Shown here: piece by piece, positions 13,216 through 25,767 of the stretch
Layout: the number at the start of each line of letters is the position of its first letter
Numbering within the stretch: position 1 is the stretch's first letter
NCBI RefSeq assembly: GCF_001194135.2
Contig: NC_068987.1
Span: 45,764,996 to 45,828,995 of the forward strand
Reading direction: 5' to 3'
Length of the DNA stretch: 64,000 nt
From: Octopus bimaculoides
Lineage: Eukaryota
The notes under the pieces: generated by a model
What the model was told of the DNA's origin: nothing
The model's input: only the letters and a program-made list of their open reading frames with translations
The model's database searches: none
Translations under genes and position numbers: made by a program

Positions 13216-13848
13216 TCTTTCAATTTTCATCTGCAAGATCCACAGACCCACTCACATGACTTTTGTCAGTCTGGGATTAGAGGTAAATGGCAGTTGCCCA
13301 AGGTGCTGTGCAATGGGACTGAGCCTGATACCACGTGGTTGGGAAGCAAACTTAACCACACAGTCATACATACACACACATGCACTCACACACACGTATA
13401 CACACACACGTATACACACACACACACACACACACATACACACACACACGTGCATATACATACTATATTATACATTACTGTTATTTTTGACACTGACGAC
13501 AGCAGGAAATGTGTACTCAGTGACCTCTCTAACCAATTAAGTTAGACTAACTTGACTAACAAATATTGCTTGGCTAAGTAGACCTCTGAAATATCAATTA
13601 AACTTTCCTTGTTTTCCCAAATTAATAACAATATACTGGCACAGCTTTATTAATTAGACTTCTCTCTTTCAATTTCTATAGTTTTATGCATGATACATTA
13701 CTTATTTCTTTGTTGGGAAAATACTGAAGATAGTGGTGGGCTGTTTAAAGAAAACTTAAACCACTATGCTAGCGAGTCATGTGACTTGTATACATGTCCC
13801 TTATTGGCTCATGTTATCCTATAGATTACAACTTAAGGAACAACTTAA

Positions 13849-14074
13849 AACCCGTTAGCATTCAGATTACTCTATCAAATGTAATGGCTAATTTACACAT
13901 ATTGTTTTAAATTAATCATGCATTATCTGTAGATTCAAGATTTCAATGATGTGATTGTTTATATTTAAAATGACATTGTAAGGTAGGTGTAAGAATCTGG
14001 ATCTTGCTGGTTTGAACATAAAACAGACAATATATTTGGGATGAATATGGCTGGTTTAAATGGAAAAGACTTAA
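13849..14074. mobile_element. piggyBac-like MITE family 1
   Basis: About 225 bp and homologous to 36284-36511. TTAA-like flanks and ccctttagcatt / aatgctaaaggg-type TIRs (degenerate in this copy). Confidence 0.65.
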
Positions 14075-14174
14075 GTCAGTAGAGATTTGCTGACTTGAGG
14101 GGATAGTTTTCATTGACCAGAGCCTATGACCTACCAATTAGTTGAATACTAGCTAATTGAAGTCTGCCCCAAAT

Positions 14175-14404
14175 TTAACCATTTTGCTACCATATTTCTG
14201 TTGTTATATACTGTCTGTGTTTCAATTAATTATGATAACAATGAAAAATTGGTAAAATAACTTTGTCACTATCAAGCTGGTATTTGGTACATAAATCAAC
14301 ATGAAATTTTATTGCATGGTTTTTCACATAGATCACTTTAAAACAGAAAGTTTGTATCAGAGAACCAGGGGTGATCTTGGGTGGCTTGGTATCAACAGGG
14401 TTGA
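14175..14404 (+). mobile_element. piggyBac-like MITE family 2
   Basis: ttaa-ccattttgctacca ... tggtatcaacaggg-ttga; homologous to 40688-40914. Confidence 0.7.
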
Positions 14405-14589
14405 TGATGTGAACTAATAGCATTCAGGTTGAGACCTTAGACATGTGTTGAAATATGTACAGAGGTATGTATGGAGGTATGTATTGAACTACAACACTAC
14501 AAAATGTGTGAAGTTGAAACTGTCCCCTATTTTACTGTATTAAAATATAAAACTTTATCATTCCATCTATTTATTTCTGAGATCCTAAT

Positions 14590-15030
14590 ATTGAGCAATG
14601 TGCTCAATATTAACCCCTGAGGGTCTATGTGGCTATCCAAGGTTCAATAAACATTGGACGAATTATTAGAGGAAGAATACAGAAATTTAAGACTAAAACT
14701 CACTAATCTCCAGTCAAATATCAATGCAATGACTTGTATTCAACAAACACATATTTCACATTAAATATTCCCGCTAAACCAATATAATGACTGAATTTTT
14801 ATTGTTATATATCAATTTTATCAAGTATTTTCATTAAATTTCTTTAGATTTTTTTATTGAGAATTAGTAATGACACAAAAGATCAAAGGAACTATAGTTT
14901 TAAATTAAGAGATTTTTCCTTAATAATACTTTTAATTGTATTTTAGAAATTTACATGATGGGGGTCAATAAGTTATCAACAACTCCATGAAAGGGGTCAA
15001 TGATATAAAAAGTCTGCTGACCCCTATTTA
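14590..15030. mobile_element. Possible hAT-like non-autonomous element
   Basis: Subterminal ggggtc motifs near both ends, with the right end aaaggggtcaatgatataaaaagtctgctgacccct typical of hAT-type MITEs. TIRs are degraded. Confidence 0.35.
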
Positions 15031-15445
15031 GGCAAAATCATTTCTCAGTTTATAAGATTATTTAGCAATCAAGTGTAAGGTAACTGGTCCAAAACTTGTT
15101 TTGCAGGTTTTAATGAATTTCTTTCATGAGCTTATTTTGCTGTTTTTATAGGAAATCAATTGTTTCATTATCATCATTTTCACTTTTTCACACTTGTAAG
15201 GGTCAGACAAAATTTGTTAAGGCAGATTTTCTATGAACAAATGCTTTTCCTGACACTTACGTTCAACTGTTTCCAAGCAAAGCAAAATTTTCCCATGCAA
15301 GACTGAATACAAACAGCGTTACTTGCATGATGGTGATGGTTGATTACAAAAGTAACATTATATCAAGACAAGGGTACAAACATGCATGCATATGCAGATA
15401 CACACACACACACACACACACATACACATACACACACACACACGC

Positions 15446-15483
<38 letters not shown>

Positions 15484-15730
15484 CACCACCACCACCACCA
15501 CCACCACCATTTAACATCCATTTCCCCTGTTGGCATAGGTTGGACTACATACACACTCTCAAACATATGTGTATAAAATTAAATAAATGACAAGAGAACA
15601 GGAATTCCGTAATCAACTTCATTAGCTCACAGCTGTTTCTGCTACAAGATGCAAGTGCATCCAGAAGTGAGTGCCTGTGCATCTCCTTGTAGCTTCCTTA
15701 GAGCTTCTAAAATGTGGTGTGTATGCATGC

Positions 15731-15773
<43 letters not shown>

Positions 15774-15777
<4 letters not shown>

Positions 15778-16401
15778 GGAAAGTCAAAAGTTATCTTTAT
15801 TTTTGCCACACTGCCTCCTGTGCAAGCGTGCTTATGGTTGGTACTATTGTGGTCATGTGATCGAAGTTTGAGCCTGATTGCACCATTTTTATTTCTGGCT
15901 TTGCAGTGTAAGCATGGCTGATCCACTCCAAAGAACAAAGCAGTGATCCAAGAGATGATAATTGTGAACCGGTTCACCATTACCATCTCTTGAGCTTGCT
16001 GAATCTTCTCATCAGTGATGGAGATTGATGGGCATTCTGCTCCCTCTTCGTGTGTCACACTTGTTCGGCCACTTTTAATCTTCTCAATCCACTCATATAC
16101 ACTTCTATGTGGTTGTGCACTGTCTCTGTATTGTGCTAAAAGCTTGCAATGAATTTCAGCACCTGACAAACCTTCCAACCAGAGAAATTGGATCACTGCT
16201 CTTTGTCCTTCTTTAGTGCACATTGCTTGTGGAGTGGCCATGCTTACATTGTAAAGCCAGAAAGAAATGTGGCGCAATGAAGCTGAAACTTCGATCACAT
16301 GACCACAATAGTATTAACTATAAGCACACATGCACATAAGGTAGTGTAACAATAATAAAGATATGTTATGGTGAAAGTGTGGTTAATTTTTGACTTCTCT
16401 C

Positions 16402-16402
<1 letters not shown>
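15774..16402. mobile_element. Fold-back mariner-derived element (two inverted copies of the 5' end, no spacer), within (TA)n
   Basis: TA-tgagggaaagtcaaaag at the left end matches the reverse complement tgagagaagtcaaaaa of the right end. Arms align through the transposase start; the symmetry centre is gtgaacc|ggttcac at 15970/15971. Confidence 0.85.
15971..16241 (-). pseudogene. Mariner (Mos1/SETMAR-type) transposase N-terminal HTH fragment, about 90 aa
   Basis: MATPQAMCTKEGQRAVIQFLWLEGLSGAEIHCKLLAQYRDSAQPHRSVYEWIEKIKSGRTSVTHEEGAECPSISITDEKIQQAQEMVMVNR matches the mariner motifs QRAVI.FL..EG and V..W...F..GRTS..D..R.GRP. The catalytic domain is absent. Confidence 0.85.
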
Positions 16403-16457
<55 letters not shown>

Positions 16458-16616
16458 CAGGTTTTTTTCAGTTTCTGTCCACCAAATTCACTCACAAGGC
16501 TTTGGTCAGTCTGAAGTTATAGTAGAGGACAATTGTCCAAGGTCCTACACAGTGGGATTGATCCTGAGACCACATGGAAGAAAGAGTCTTAAAGATGCCT
16601 AGTGACTAGGAATATT

Positions 16617-16805
16617 CTTTTCTACTATAAGTACAGGGCCTGATTAAATTGACCACAATGTTTCACTGGTACTTAATTTATCAACCCCGAAAGGATGAAA
16701 AGCAAAGTTGACCCCAGCAGCATTTGAACTCAGAACGTGAAGACAGACGAAATACCACTAAACATTTTATCAGGCATGCTAATGATTCTGCCAGCTCACT
16801 GCCTC
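16617..16805 (-). mobile_element. SINE family B copy
   Basis: ggtacttaatttatcaaccccgaaaggatgaaaagcaaagttgacc...gaactcagaacg...ctgccagctcac is the reverse complement of family B. Confidence 0.85.
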
Positions 16806-17332
16806 AGTGACTAGGAATATTGGAGTGTGAAATAATATCAATGAAATTATCAATGTTTAATAAACCTTAAAAAAAGAACAGTCATTTTCCTTTTTAAAGG
16901 TGGCTGGTTTATAAAGGTATTTTAAAGATGGTTGGTGTATAATGCTACACAATTATAATTGGGTGTTTTAGAATTGGCTCCCATTCCTGACAACAAGCAC
17001 TTAACCAAAGGATGGGAATGGTATCTATTTTGCAGTTCCATTAACACATGTAGAGAATCAGTTATCTGACTTAAAGGCATGTGTAGAATTCAGTTACTCC
17101 TCATGTTAATGAGATAATTATCAAAAAAACCAAATGATCAAATGCAATTCTATGGCAAGTGTTACACAGTCCCTTATAATGGATTTGATGCTTTAATGTT
17201 TTAAGAGAACTGAAGAGGTGGAAATAGTAAAGTTTATACGTTTTTTTCAAGAATATTTCTGAAAAAGAGTTTGTTCCAAAAGTGAATGAAAATATGGTCT
17301 TGACAAGAACAACACTGATAGATAAATGGCAA

Positions 17333-17501
17333 AGGCATGGTTGAGTGGTTAAGACGTTTGTTCCCTGACTACATAGTTTGGACTTCAGTTCTATTGCATG
17401 GTAGCTTGGACTTTGGGCATGTGCTTTCTACTCTAGCCTAAGGCTGACCAAAACCTTTGAGTGGATTTGTTAGAAGGAAATTAGAAGAAGTTCATTATAA
17501 A

Positions 17502-17545
<44 letters not shown>

Positions 17546-17800
17546 TGTGTGTATACATTTATGTTACCTGTTTTGAAATTGTGCAATAGTTGTAAATGAG
17601 TGTCACTGTCATACAAGCAGTGTCATTCATTTCCTATCTTTCATGAAAAGCACATCTGGTCCTGGGCAAATATTACCTTGCTTTGATACAAGTGAGGAAG
17701 AACATCAAGCCATAGAAAATCTGTCTCTATAAACTCCATTCCAATACATAAGAAGCACGAGAAAATAGACACTAAATGGATAATGATGCCGATGATGATG
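17333..17800 (+). mobile_element. Composite SINE (A head + (TG)n + C tail)
   Basis: Family A head at 17333-17500, TG tract, then gtgtcactgtcatacaag...ggaaaacat...gccatagaaaatctgtctc...gatgatgatg. Confidence 0.7.
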
Positions 17801-18753
17801 ATGTTCATATAATTGTGTGTGGCTTGTTGTGAGAGATTTTTCACTGTTGTTATTTTGGTCAGTTGGCCTACAAAATTCCTAAAGGCCAAACCAGATTTTC
17901 ATTCGGTAAACGTTGGTATTTTTCTAGCAACAACAACAACAACTCTGAACTGTTGATGTATTCCAAAAACCAAACCTGAATTTTATTTCTAACAATAGAA
18001 TACTTAAGTTGTCAAGTCTCTATTGAATAAACAAGCTTTCTAACTTTCTCTCACACCATTTTTACCTCTTGAGATATAAAAGCACCATTTTTATTCTAAT
18101 TTTACACCCACACACCCACCTTCTCTCTCTCTCTCTCTCGCACACACACATGCACACACACACACACACAACACAAGATTTAAATGTATTTTTACATGAG
18201 TCACAAAAAGATGATTTAAAGGAAGAATAAACTATTAAATTATTTCTAAGCTAAGGTGACTCACCATAGCTATATAGAATTAATTAAGTGAAAGATATGT
18301 AAGACTCTCTGCAATATTTGTATTTAGTATGTCGAATGTTTCCCCGAGATATATACCCTCATCCTCATATTTGATACAAACACACACACACAGACACAAT
18401 GTTTTTATTTATTAGATCAGTGACTGTGTGTCACTTTGAAAACTATGTTTTCAAACGGGAATTCAACAACTCCACCTAACCAAGCAGTTACTCTGTGTTG
18501 ATAAAGGGCAATAACCCAGAAACCAGTCCACAGATGTTGGTTTGTGCTGGATGGGAGTGCTGGACTCCCTGTTCGAAAATATAAGGACACAGATATTGTG
18601 TCGTATAGCCAGCTGGAAACAATATTTCCTGGGGCTAATCAGTAACAATCATCCCTTCCAGGACAGCCACATTATGTTAGCAAATAGTCTTTACTTTAAA
18701 GAACTGTTACTGAATATATCTCTCTGAAATATTTAGAAATAATAATGTTTCTT

Positions 18754-18807
<54 letters not shown>

Positions 18808-18810
<3 letters not shown>

Positions 18811-19235
18811 GTGCAGACATGGCTTGTGTTAAGAAGTTTGCTTCCCAACTACATGGTTCCGGGTTCAGTCCCACTGTGTGGCATCTTGGGTAAGTGTCTT
18901 CTACTATAGCGTTGGACTGCCCAAAGCCTTATGAGTGGATTTGGTAGATGGAAACTGAAAGAAGCTCATCATATATGTGTGTGTGTGCGTGCTACTGTCT
19001 CCTTGCCATAACTCCATGTGCTTGTTGTAAATGAATGTTACCATAATGCAAGTGGTTTCCTTCATCTGCAATCTTCTGTGCAAACAATGTTTGATCAAGA
19101 GGAAAATAACCTTATTTGGCAACAGATGTGAGTTGGTGACAGGAAGGGCATCTGGCTGTAGGGAATTTGTCTTGACAAAATTCCATCTGACCCATGCAAG
19201 CATGGAAAAGTGGACATGAAACGAAGATGATGTCA
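18808..19235 (+). mobile_element. Composite SINE (A head + (TG)n + C tail)
   Basis: Same architecture as 17333-17800; tail ggaagggcatctggctgtag...catgcaagcatggaaaagtggacatgaaacgaagatgatg. Confidence 0.8.
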
Positions 19236-20059
19236 TCATTATTGTTTTAACATTGACTTTTCCATGCTTGCATGGGTCAGACAGAGCTTATTGAAGCAGA
19301 TTGTAAATGGCTGGATGCTCTTCCTGTAGCCAACTCTTACCTGTCTCCAAGCAATATTTCCTTATATACCAACATACCTGATATACGATAATACAATCAG
19401 GTGCAAACAAAAAGAAAAATCCACCTCCTTGGTCCATTTCAATCAAAAATCACTGTAAAAGCCTCTACATATTCTTTTGACCTCCTAGAAGTAGCAGCTA
19501 AATATTTTCCTCAAATCACTGACAAACCTCTTAAAAACAGAAGGACACATTAAGACAATGTAGACCTTGGTATATAAAAGATGAGATGGTCATAGCTTGA
19601 ATACTTTTGATCACAGATTAATTCCATTTGAACTGACCTGGAGTTAAACAACAACAACAATGACAACAACAGCTCTACCTTGCTTAATGTATATAGAAGT
19701 GTCATGTAGATTTTTGATCTGTTGAATTGCATTAGAAACTTCTCATAATAAACTTACAATGAAATAGCTATGACGATTGTCAAAGAGACTCCATATGATC
19801 CTATTTTAAAGATATTTGACAGTTATATTGAACAGTTCAAGTAACTTTATATAAATTTATTGCCCTTGTGGATGGCAACAAAGTTTCACACTTAACTAGG
19901 CAGTTAATGACTGTCATGAACAGCCCAACTATGGATGAAACTTAGAGGAGACTGTCAACTTTGATATAATAAATATATATCAATCCACTCTACTCAGGAT
20001 ATTGAGTTCTATATCAGATAATGATTGCTCAATGTAAAATATATCAGTGATAAATACAT

Positions 20060-20830
20060 ACATACGTACATCTTCAGACAAAGAGATCTTTGACACTGCC
20101 ACCCCATACTACAATTGACTGCCAGCGGTTTCAAGGATAGAATTAGTTACATGCCAGACCCTAGCCCCACCAAGAGAAAGCACCACTGGAAAGTACTGTG
20201 GTTCACACCACCATCCTCTTTAAACGTTAGGTAAGATCTTCCTTTGTTTAACTGATAGACACTTCCACCAAACCAATAGATTCAACAAAATATTTAATAA
20301 ACATACTCTGAGATTATCCTTTAGCTGTGTACCTAGTGTAAAAAAAGATTTTAGTTGGTAGGCCCAGACCCGAGACTGTGACAGAATGCTCATGTAGGGG
20401 TAACACAACCTGTCCACTAAATGGCCAATGCAATACAGAAACAGTTGTTTACAAGGCAGAAGTAACAGCAACAGAACCAAATGGAGAACTGAGTGTGTAA
20501 AAATATGTGGGGGCAATGAAAAGCCCCTTCAGAATCTGCTTTAATAACCACAAGTCCTCATTTAACATCCCAGAGAGACGTAATGCCATAACCCTAGCCA
20601 GCAATGTCTGGGCTTTGAAAGAAAGTGCCATGGAGTACAGCATAAAGTGGAGGATTCTAGAAAGATACAAGCCATACTTCAATAGTAGCAGGAAGTCCAA
20701 TTTTATACCTGACTGAGAAGAGAGCAATTTTAAAAGGTACCCAATGCCTGGATGTTTACCTGAATAGCATGAGTGAGGTGTTTAATCCTTATCTGCAAGA
20801 AAGAAAGTACATTCTATCATACCTGCATGA
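20060..20830 (+). mobile_element. Penelope-like element remnant: RT C-terminus and GIY-YIG endonuclease (frameshifted)
   Basis: Reads KVLWFTPP, GKIFLCLTDRHFHQTNRFNKIFNKHTLRLSFSCVPSV and FRICFNNHKSSFNIPERRNAITLASNVWALKESAMEYSIKWRILERYKPY, the characteristic Penelope WFNPP...SYSC and F..RY.NHK.SF...W.LK....I.W.I motifs. Confidence 0.85.
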
Positions 20831-21397
20831 CCCACTATAACTGCAACTGCAGGTCCCCTGCTTCAGCCTTCTACAAACGACCTTCCACCAATGCCCTTGA
20901 CCAAGACACACACTAATGCTCTCATGTACATATACGCACACCCCTATAAGGCAGACATCCCACATATAACTATCCCTCACCCTAGCACATACCCCCTCAT
21001 GCAAACTGTACCCCCACATAAACACAGACCCCCCACACACACACACATTATACATTACACACTGCACGCTAATAGAAAACCCTACAACTTTTATCCTTTA
21101 CAGAAAGAAAAACCAATGAACACAGTGCTATATACCTACACCCCCAGAAAAAATCCTGACACCGTTTCACATACCACACACCTCATCCCCACAGGGATAC
21201 CACATTGATAATACACACCATCCCCACTTCAAGATACCTCTTGCCAGCTTCACAACTTACTCTACCAAGGTACATAACTTCTAATCAAATCTCCTGGCCC
21301 ATTTTTAATTTCACCACTTTTTTCGCAGCAGCTGCTGACCACTTGTGCTAATCCACCTCTGACAATAGAGAGCAGTCGCCATATTCCCTTCCATATC

Positions 21398-21480
21398 AGC
21401 TACTTCTGATGAGCGCAATTATATGATTGGATTGTTACCCAACACTCCATTGTATTTTTGTGTGAAACCAGTTGGATACT
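21398..21480 (+). ncRNA. Degenerate hammerhead-ribozyme motif in the presumed PLE terminal repeat
   Basis: CTGATGA at 21406-21412, long stem II gcgcaa...ttgtgt, GAAA at 21464-21467, then c-ca-gtt. Stem I pairs poorly. It lies about 600 bp 3' of the PLE ORF. Confidence 0.45.
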
Positions 21481-21539
21481 TAATACTATAGAATTTGGAT
21501 AATATATAATGTATGTTTATATGAATATACAAACACACA

Positions 21540-21580
<41 letters not shown>

Positions 21581-21581
21581 A

Positions 21582-21621
<40 letters not shown>

Positions 21622-23420
21622 AACAAAAACAAAGTTGATCTAATATTCCAGCTGTTTTGCATAACAATCCTGTTTTACATCCAATCTCTGGATTTGTTTG
21701 TAAACTACTAGCTGGTTTAAAGTCTTGTGACAAACATCAAAGCTAAAAACAAAGGCAAACTTACATCAAGATCAATTGAAGAATCCATCAATCCTTCATG
21801 TACATATATGTGTGTGTGTGTATGTAAACATTGTTGTACATGATGGCAAGTAGATCATTAATGTATTGCAAGAAGAAAGAGAGGAACTAAAGCAAATCCT
21901 GTGGCACACAAGAGGCAACAAAGAGTGAAACAGAGAGAGCCTTGCCAGCATACACCTTGAGAGTGCAATCTGATAGGAAGTTACTGATGCAGGAGAATGA
22001 AAGGTGCAAATGAACATGCTGATTGAGGTGTTGATCATTATGTAAATAGCATAAAATCTTTGTTTCTTCAATTTGTGAAAGTGCTGTTGCTTATTATCTA
22101 ACTTATAGTTTTGTAATTTTATTGAACATTTATTATTACTTCTTTTATTTAATTTTCCCCAGAAACTATCTCAATGTATTTAAATCAGTAATGGTTTTCT
22201 GAATAACATAGCATAACATTCCTGATGCTTTGGTAAAACCATTTTAAAATTAATTTGACTTAAATTAAATTAAGTTAATTATGTATCACAATTATGCAAT
22301 GATACATTTGCTGATGTTTATTGTAATGAAACAAGTGTTGAGCACAATTAAAGTATGAACATGCAAACTATAAGTAAAATTTATGCTTTTCTGCCTTTGT
22401 GCTAAGTATGTTGTTCTGAAAGATCGTTTTAGCTGAATTTATAATGTAAATATTTCAGCATTTCATAATATCATTGTAAATATTTCATTATTTCACCAAT
22501 ACATCAATTTAAATAAAATTAAAAGAAAGACAAACTGTTTCCTTGGTTGAAACTTTTCATATTTTCTATCAATCTCTCTTACTCAGGCATATGCATCATA
22601 CATAAAAAGAAAACAATACACTGAATGATGTAGTCCTAGATAACACTAGGCCTGAAGTAAAAAAAAAATCAGGACAAAACAGAATGAAAGCCGGAAGACT
22701 TGTTCAATCAAAGCTGGCATGAAACTAAACAACAACATCAAACTTTATGCATTCACATACATGTACATGTAACATACATAAATACACATTGACATTTAAC
22801 CAGTTTCATTATATTGCATTAAGGCTGCAACACAGCTCATTTCTGACCAACAAGAACTCCATTATCCAAAATGATCCAATAAACATGCAGTGATACTTTT
22901 ACATTATTACTAACAAATATTATAACCACAAATATCTAATCAAAATTATGTAACTGGACATTTCTAATATATGTATGAACACATTTGTCATGTATTTCTG
23001 ATTTCTTTTTCTGGTGAGCTGATATGTTTTTTTTAATAGATTCTGTATTTCTATGAGTTTTTGTAGTTTTTTTGTATTTGTATCCAATTCTATTTTCATA
23101 TACTTCAGCATATGAACAGAACTGGTCAACACATTTAATGCCCAAATAATTGTTTAAGAAATATAATTTTGAGAACAGGAAAAAAAATCCATATAATTTA
23201 TATTTTGTTTATTAATCATTGATAAAAATATACATTTCTTAGATTCAGTAATCAATGGTATAATATAGTAGAATATTACTCATCATATGGTGGATAACTT
23301 TAGAAGTATACTGTTACCACTGTGGGTAATATTAGGGAATATGGTATACATACGATAATAATAATTTAACTTTTGTCAAATTTCTTGGTACTTATACAAA
23401 AAAAAAAAGAAATGAATACT

Positions 23421-23592
23421 AGTGTGGTAAGTAGCTTGCTTACCAACCAGATGGTTCCGGTTTCAGTTCTACTGCGTGGCATCTTGGGCAAGTGTCTTCT
23501 ACTATAGCCTCGGGCCGACCAAAGCATTGTGAGTGGATTTGGTAGACGGAAACTGAAAGAAGCCCGTCATATATATGTATATATATATATAT
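23421..23592 (+). mobile_element. Young SINE family A head running into an assembly gap
   Basis: gtgtggtaagtagcttgcttaccaacc...ccgggccgacc-type CpG-rich head, followed by (TA)n and Ns. Confidence 0.85.
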
Positions 23593-24110
23593 NNNNNNNN
23601 NNNNNNNNNNNNNNNNNNNNNNNNNNNNNNNNNNNNNNNNNNNNNNNNNNNNNNNNNNNNNNNNNNNNNNNNNNNNNNNNNNNNNNNNNNNNNNNNNNNN
23701 NNNNNNNNNNNNNNNNNNNNNNNNNNNNNNNNNNNNNNNNNNNNNNNNNNNNNNNNNNNNNNNNNNNNNNNNNNNNNNNNNNNNNNNNNNNNNNNNNNNN
23801 NNNNNNNNNNNNNNNNNNNNNNNNNNNNNNNNNNNNNNNNNNNNNNNNNNNNNNNNNNNNNNNNNNNNNNNNNNNNNNNNNNNNNNNNNNNNNNNNNNNN
23901 NNNNNNNNNNNNNNNNNNNNNNNNNNNNNNNNNNNNNNNNNNNNNNNNNNNNNNNNNNNNNNNNNNNNNNNNNNNNNNNNNNNNNNNNNNNNNNNNNNNN
24001 NNNNNNNNNNNNNNNNNNNNNNNNNNNNNNNNNNNNNNNNNNNNNNNNNNNNNNNNNNNNNNNNNNNNNNNNNNNNNNNNNNNNNNNNNNNNNNNNNNNN
24101 NNNNNNNNNN
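23593..24110. other. Assembly gap (N run); further gaps at 27288-27340, 33500-33968, 52413-53039, 54820-55373 and 60750-60759
   Basis: N characters are directly visible; most gaps border microsatellites or young repeats. Confidence 1.
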
Positions 24111-24943
24111 TATGTATTATTTCCCAAAATTTCATCAACATAATCTACTCAATCAAAAACTTATTTCTGCAAAATTTCATTAAAAAATATACATTTTTCA
24201 GCAAGTTATAAGTTATATTTGACAGCCTCTTATGTTAACTCTCTCCTTATCTCTTTTTTACTCTCTCTCTCTCTCTCTCTCCCTTTTTGTATGTATATGA
24301 TGTAAAGCATGAAAAGAGAACTCAACCATCCAACCAACCATCCAACCAAGCAGCCAGCCAACCAACCAGCCAACCAACCAACCAACCAACCAACTTTATC
24401 ACAGTTATTAAATATATATGATTGTTTTTCTCTCTCTCACTATGTGTAGCATCCTTTTAATCATTGCCTTCCACCAAGCACTCACTCTGCACCTCTTAAC
24501 TTTCTGTGTCTCTCTTTCACTCTTTCTCTCCCTCTCTCTACATGAGTGGAGAAATCAACCAACTAACCTGCATTTATATTAACTGTTATTAAATAGAGAT
24601 GATAGTGGACACTCAAGTAAGCAGTCAAATTAACACTGAAAAACAGAGCAAACCTCATATTTTGGGGGTTAGATACAAATGACTGGGATGAATGACATTA
24701 GGGTGTGAAATAAAATAAAGTATTATATTCAAGTTTATAATATAACAAGTACTACAATGATTTTTATGTCATACATGAAGAGTAAGTAAATGAAGCAGAC
24801 CTTTCACAACACTGTCAATAGTATTCTTTTCTACTCTAGGCACAAGGCCCGAAATTTGGGGGGTGGGGGTCAGTCGATTAGATCGACCTCAGTACGTGGA
24901 ACTTGAACATTGTTAATAGTATTGTTGTTGTTATGGCGGTGAG

Positions 24944-25390
24944 CTGGTAGAATCATTAACATGCTGGGTAAAATGCTTAGTGGAATTTCATTCACCTTTA
25001 TGTTCTGAGTTCAAATTTCCCTGGGGTTGACTTTGCCTTTCATCCTTTCAGAGTTGATAAAATAAGTATCAGTTTAACACTGGGGTCAATTTAATCAACT
25101 TAAACACCCCCCAACCCCAGCCTGTTATCATTGTTCCAAAATTTGAAATGGATATTATTAGTGTTGCTATTAAGATGGTGAGCTGGCAGGATCACTAGCA
25201 CACTGGGAAAAATGCTTAGTGGAATTTTGTCTATCTTCACAGTCTAAGTTCAAATTCCACTATGGTTGACTGCTTTTCATCCTTTCAGGATTGTTAAATA
25301 AATACCAGTTGAACACTGGGGTCCAATGTAACTTACTTAACCCCTCCATCAAAATTGCTGGCCTTGTGCCAAAATTTGAAATCAATATTA
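24944..25390 (+). mobile_element. Two tandem SINE family B copies
   Basis: Copies at about 24944-25150 and 25174-25390 with the same head, core and tail as 7117-7785. Confidence 0.8.
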
Positions 25391-25767
25391 GTATTGTAGC
25401 TCTGAACACAGTTTAGTGGATGCTGTAGTTACAGGGAAGTAAAATTTGAATATCAATGGCAATTATGGGGTTGGATCCTTAATTTACGCCTTTGGCAAAA
25501 TATCTTAGAGAATATTTTATGTTGTCATACAGGGTGTGACAATAAAAGCTCCTATGGCTATTGGTGTGGTGCTACATAAATTAGACAGGTGAGGATGATG
25601 TCTTCATAAATTCATAAATTAGACAGGTAAGGATGGTGTCTTCATGTAACTAATGTTTTACCATTTTCTTTTACACTCATAATTATGGTTTGAACTGTAG
25701 CACACTGTGTGTTTCCTGTTCAAACACTTATCAAAGAAGGGTGAATCTGAGACTGCTTTTGCCATAC

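Noticed and set aside
18450-18700. Relatively GC-rich unique segment with short ORFs on both strands
   Set aside because: No frame is open between credible splice sites and there is no recognisable motif.
23440-24183. ORFs over 180 aa spanning N runs (also at 33194-34055, 52255-53139, 54678-55701)
   Set aside because: They are artefacts of translating assembly gaps.
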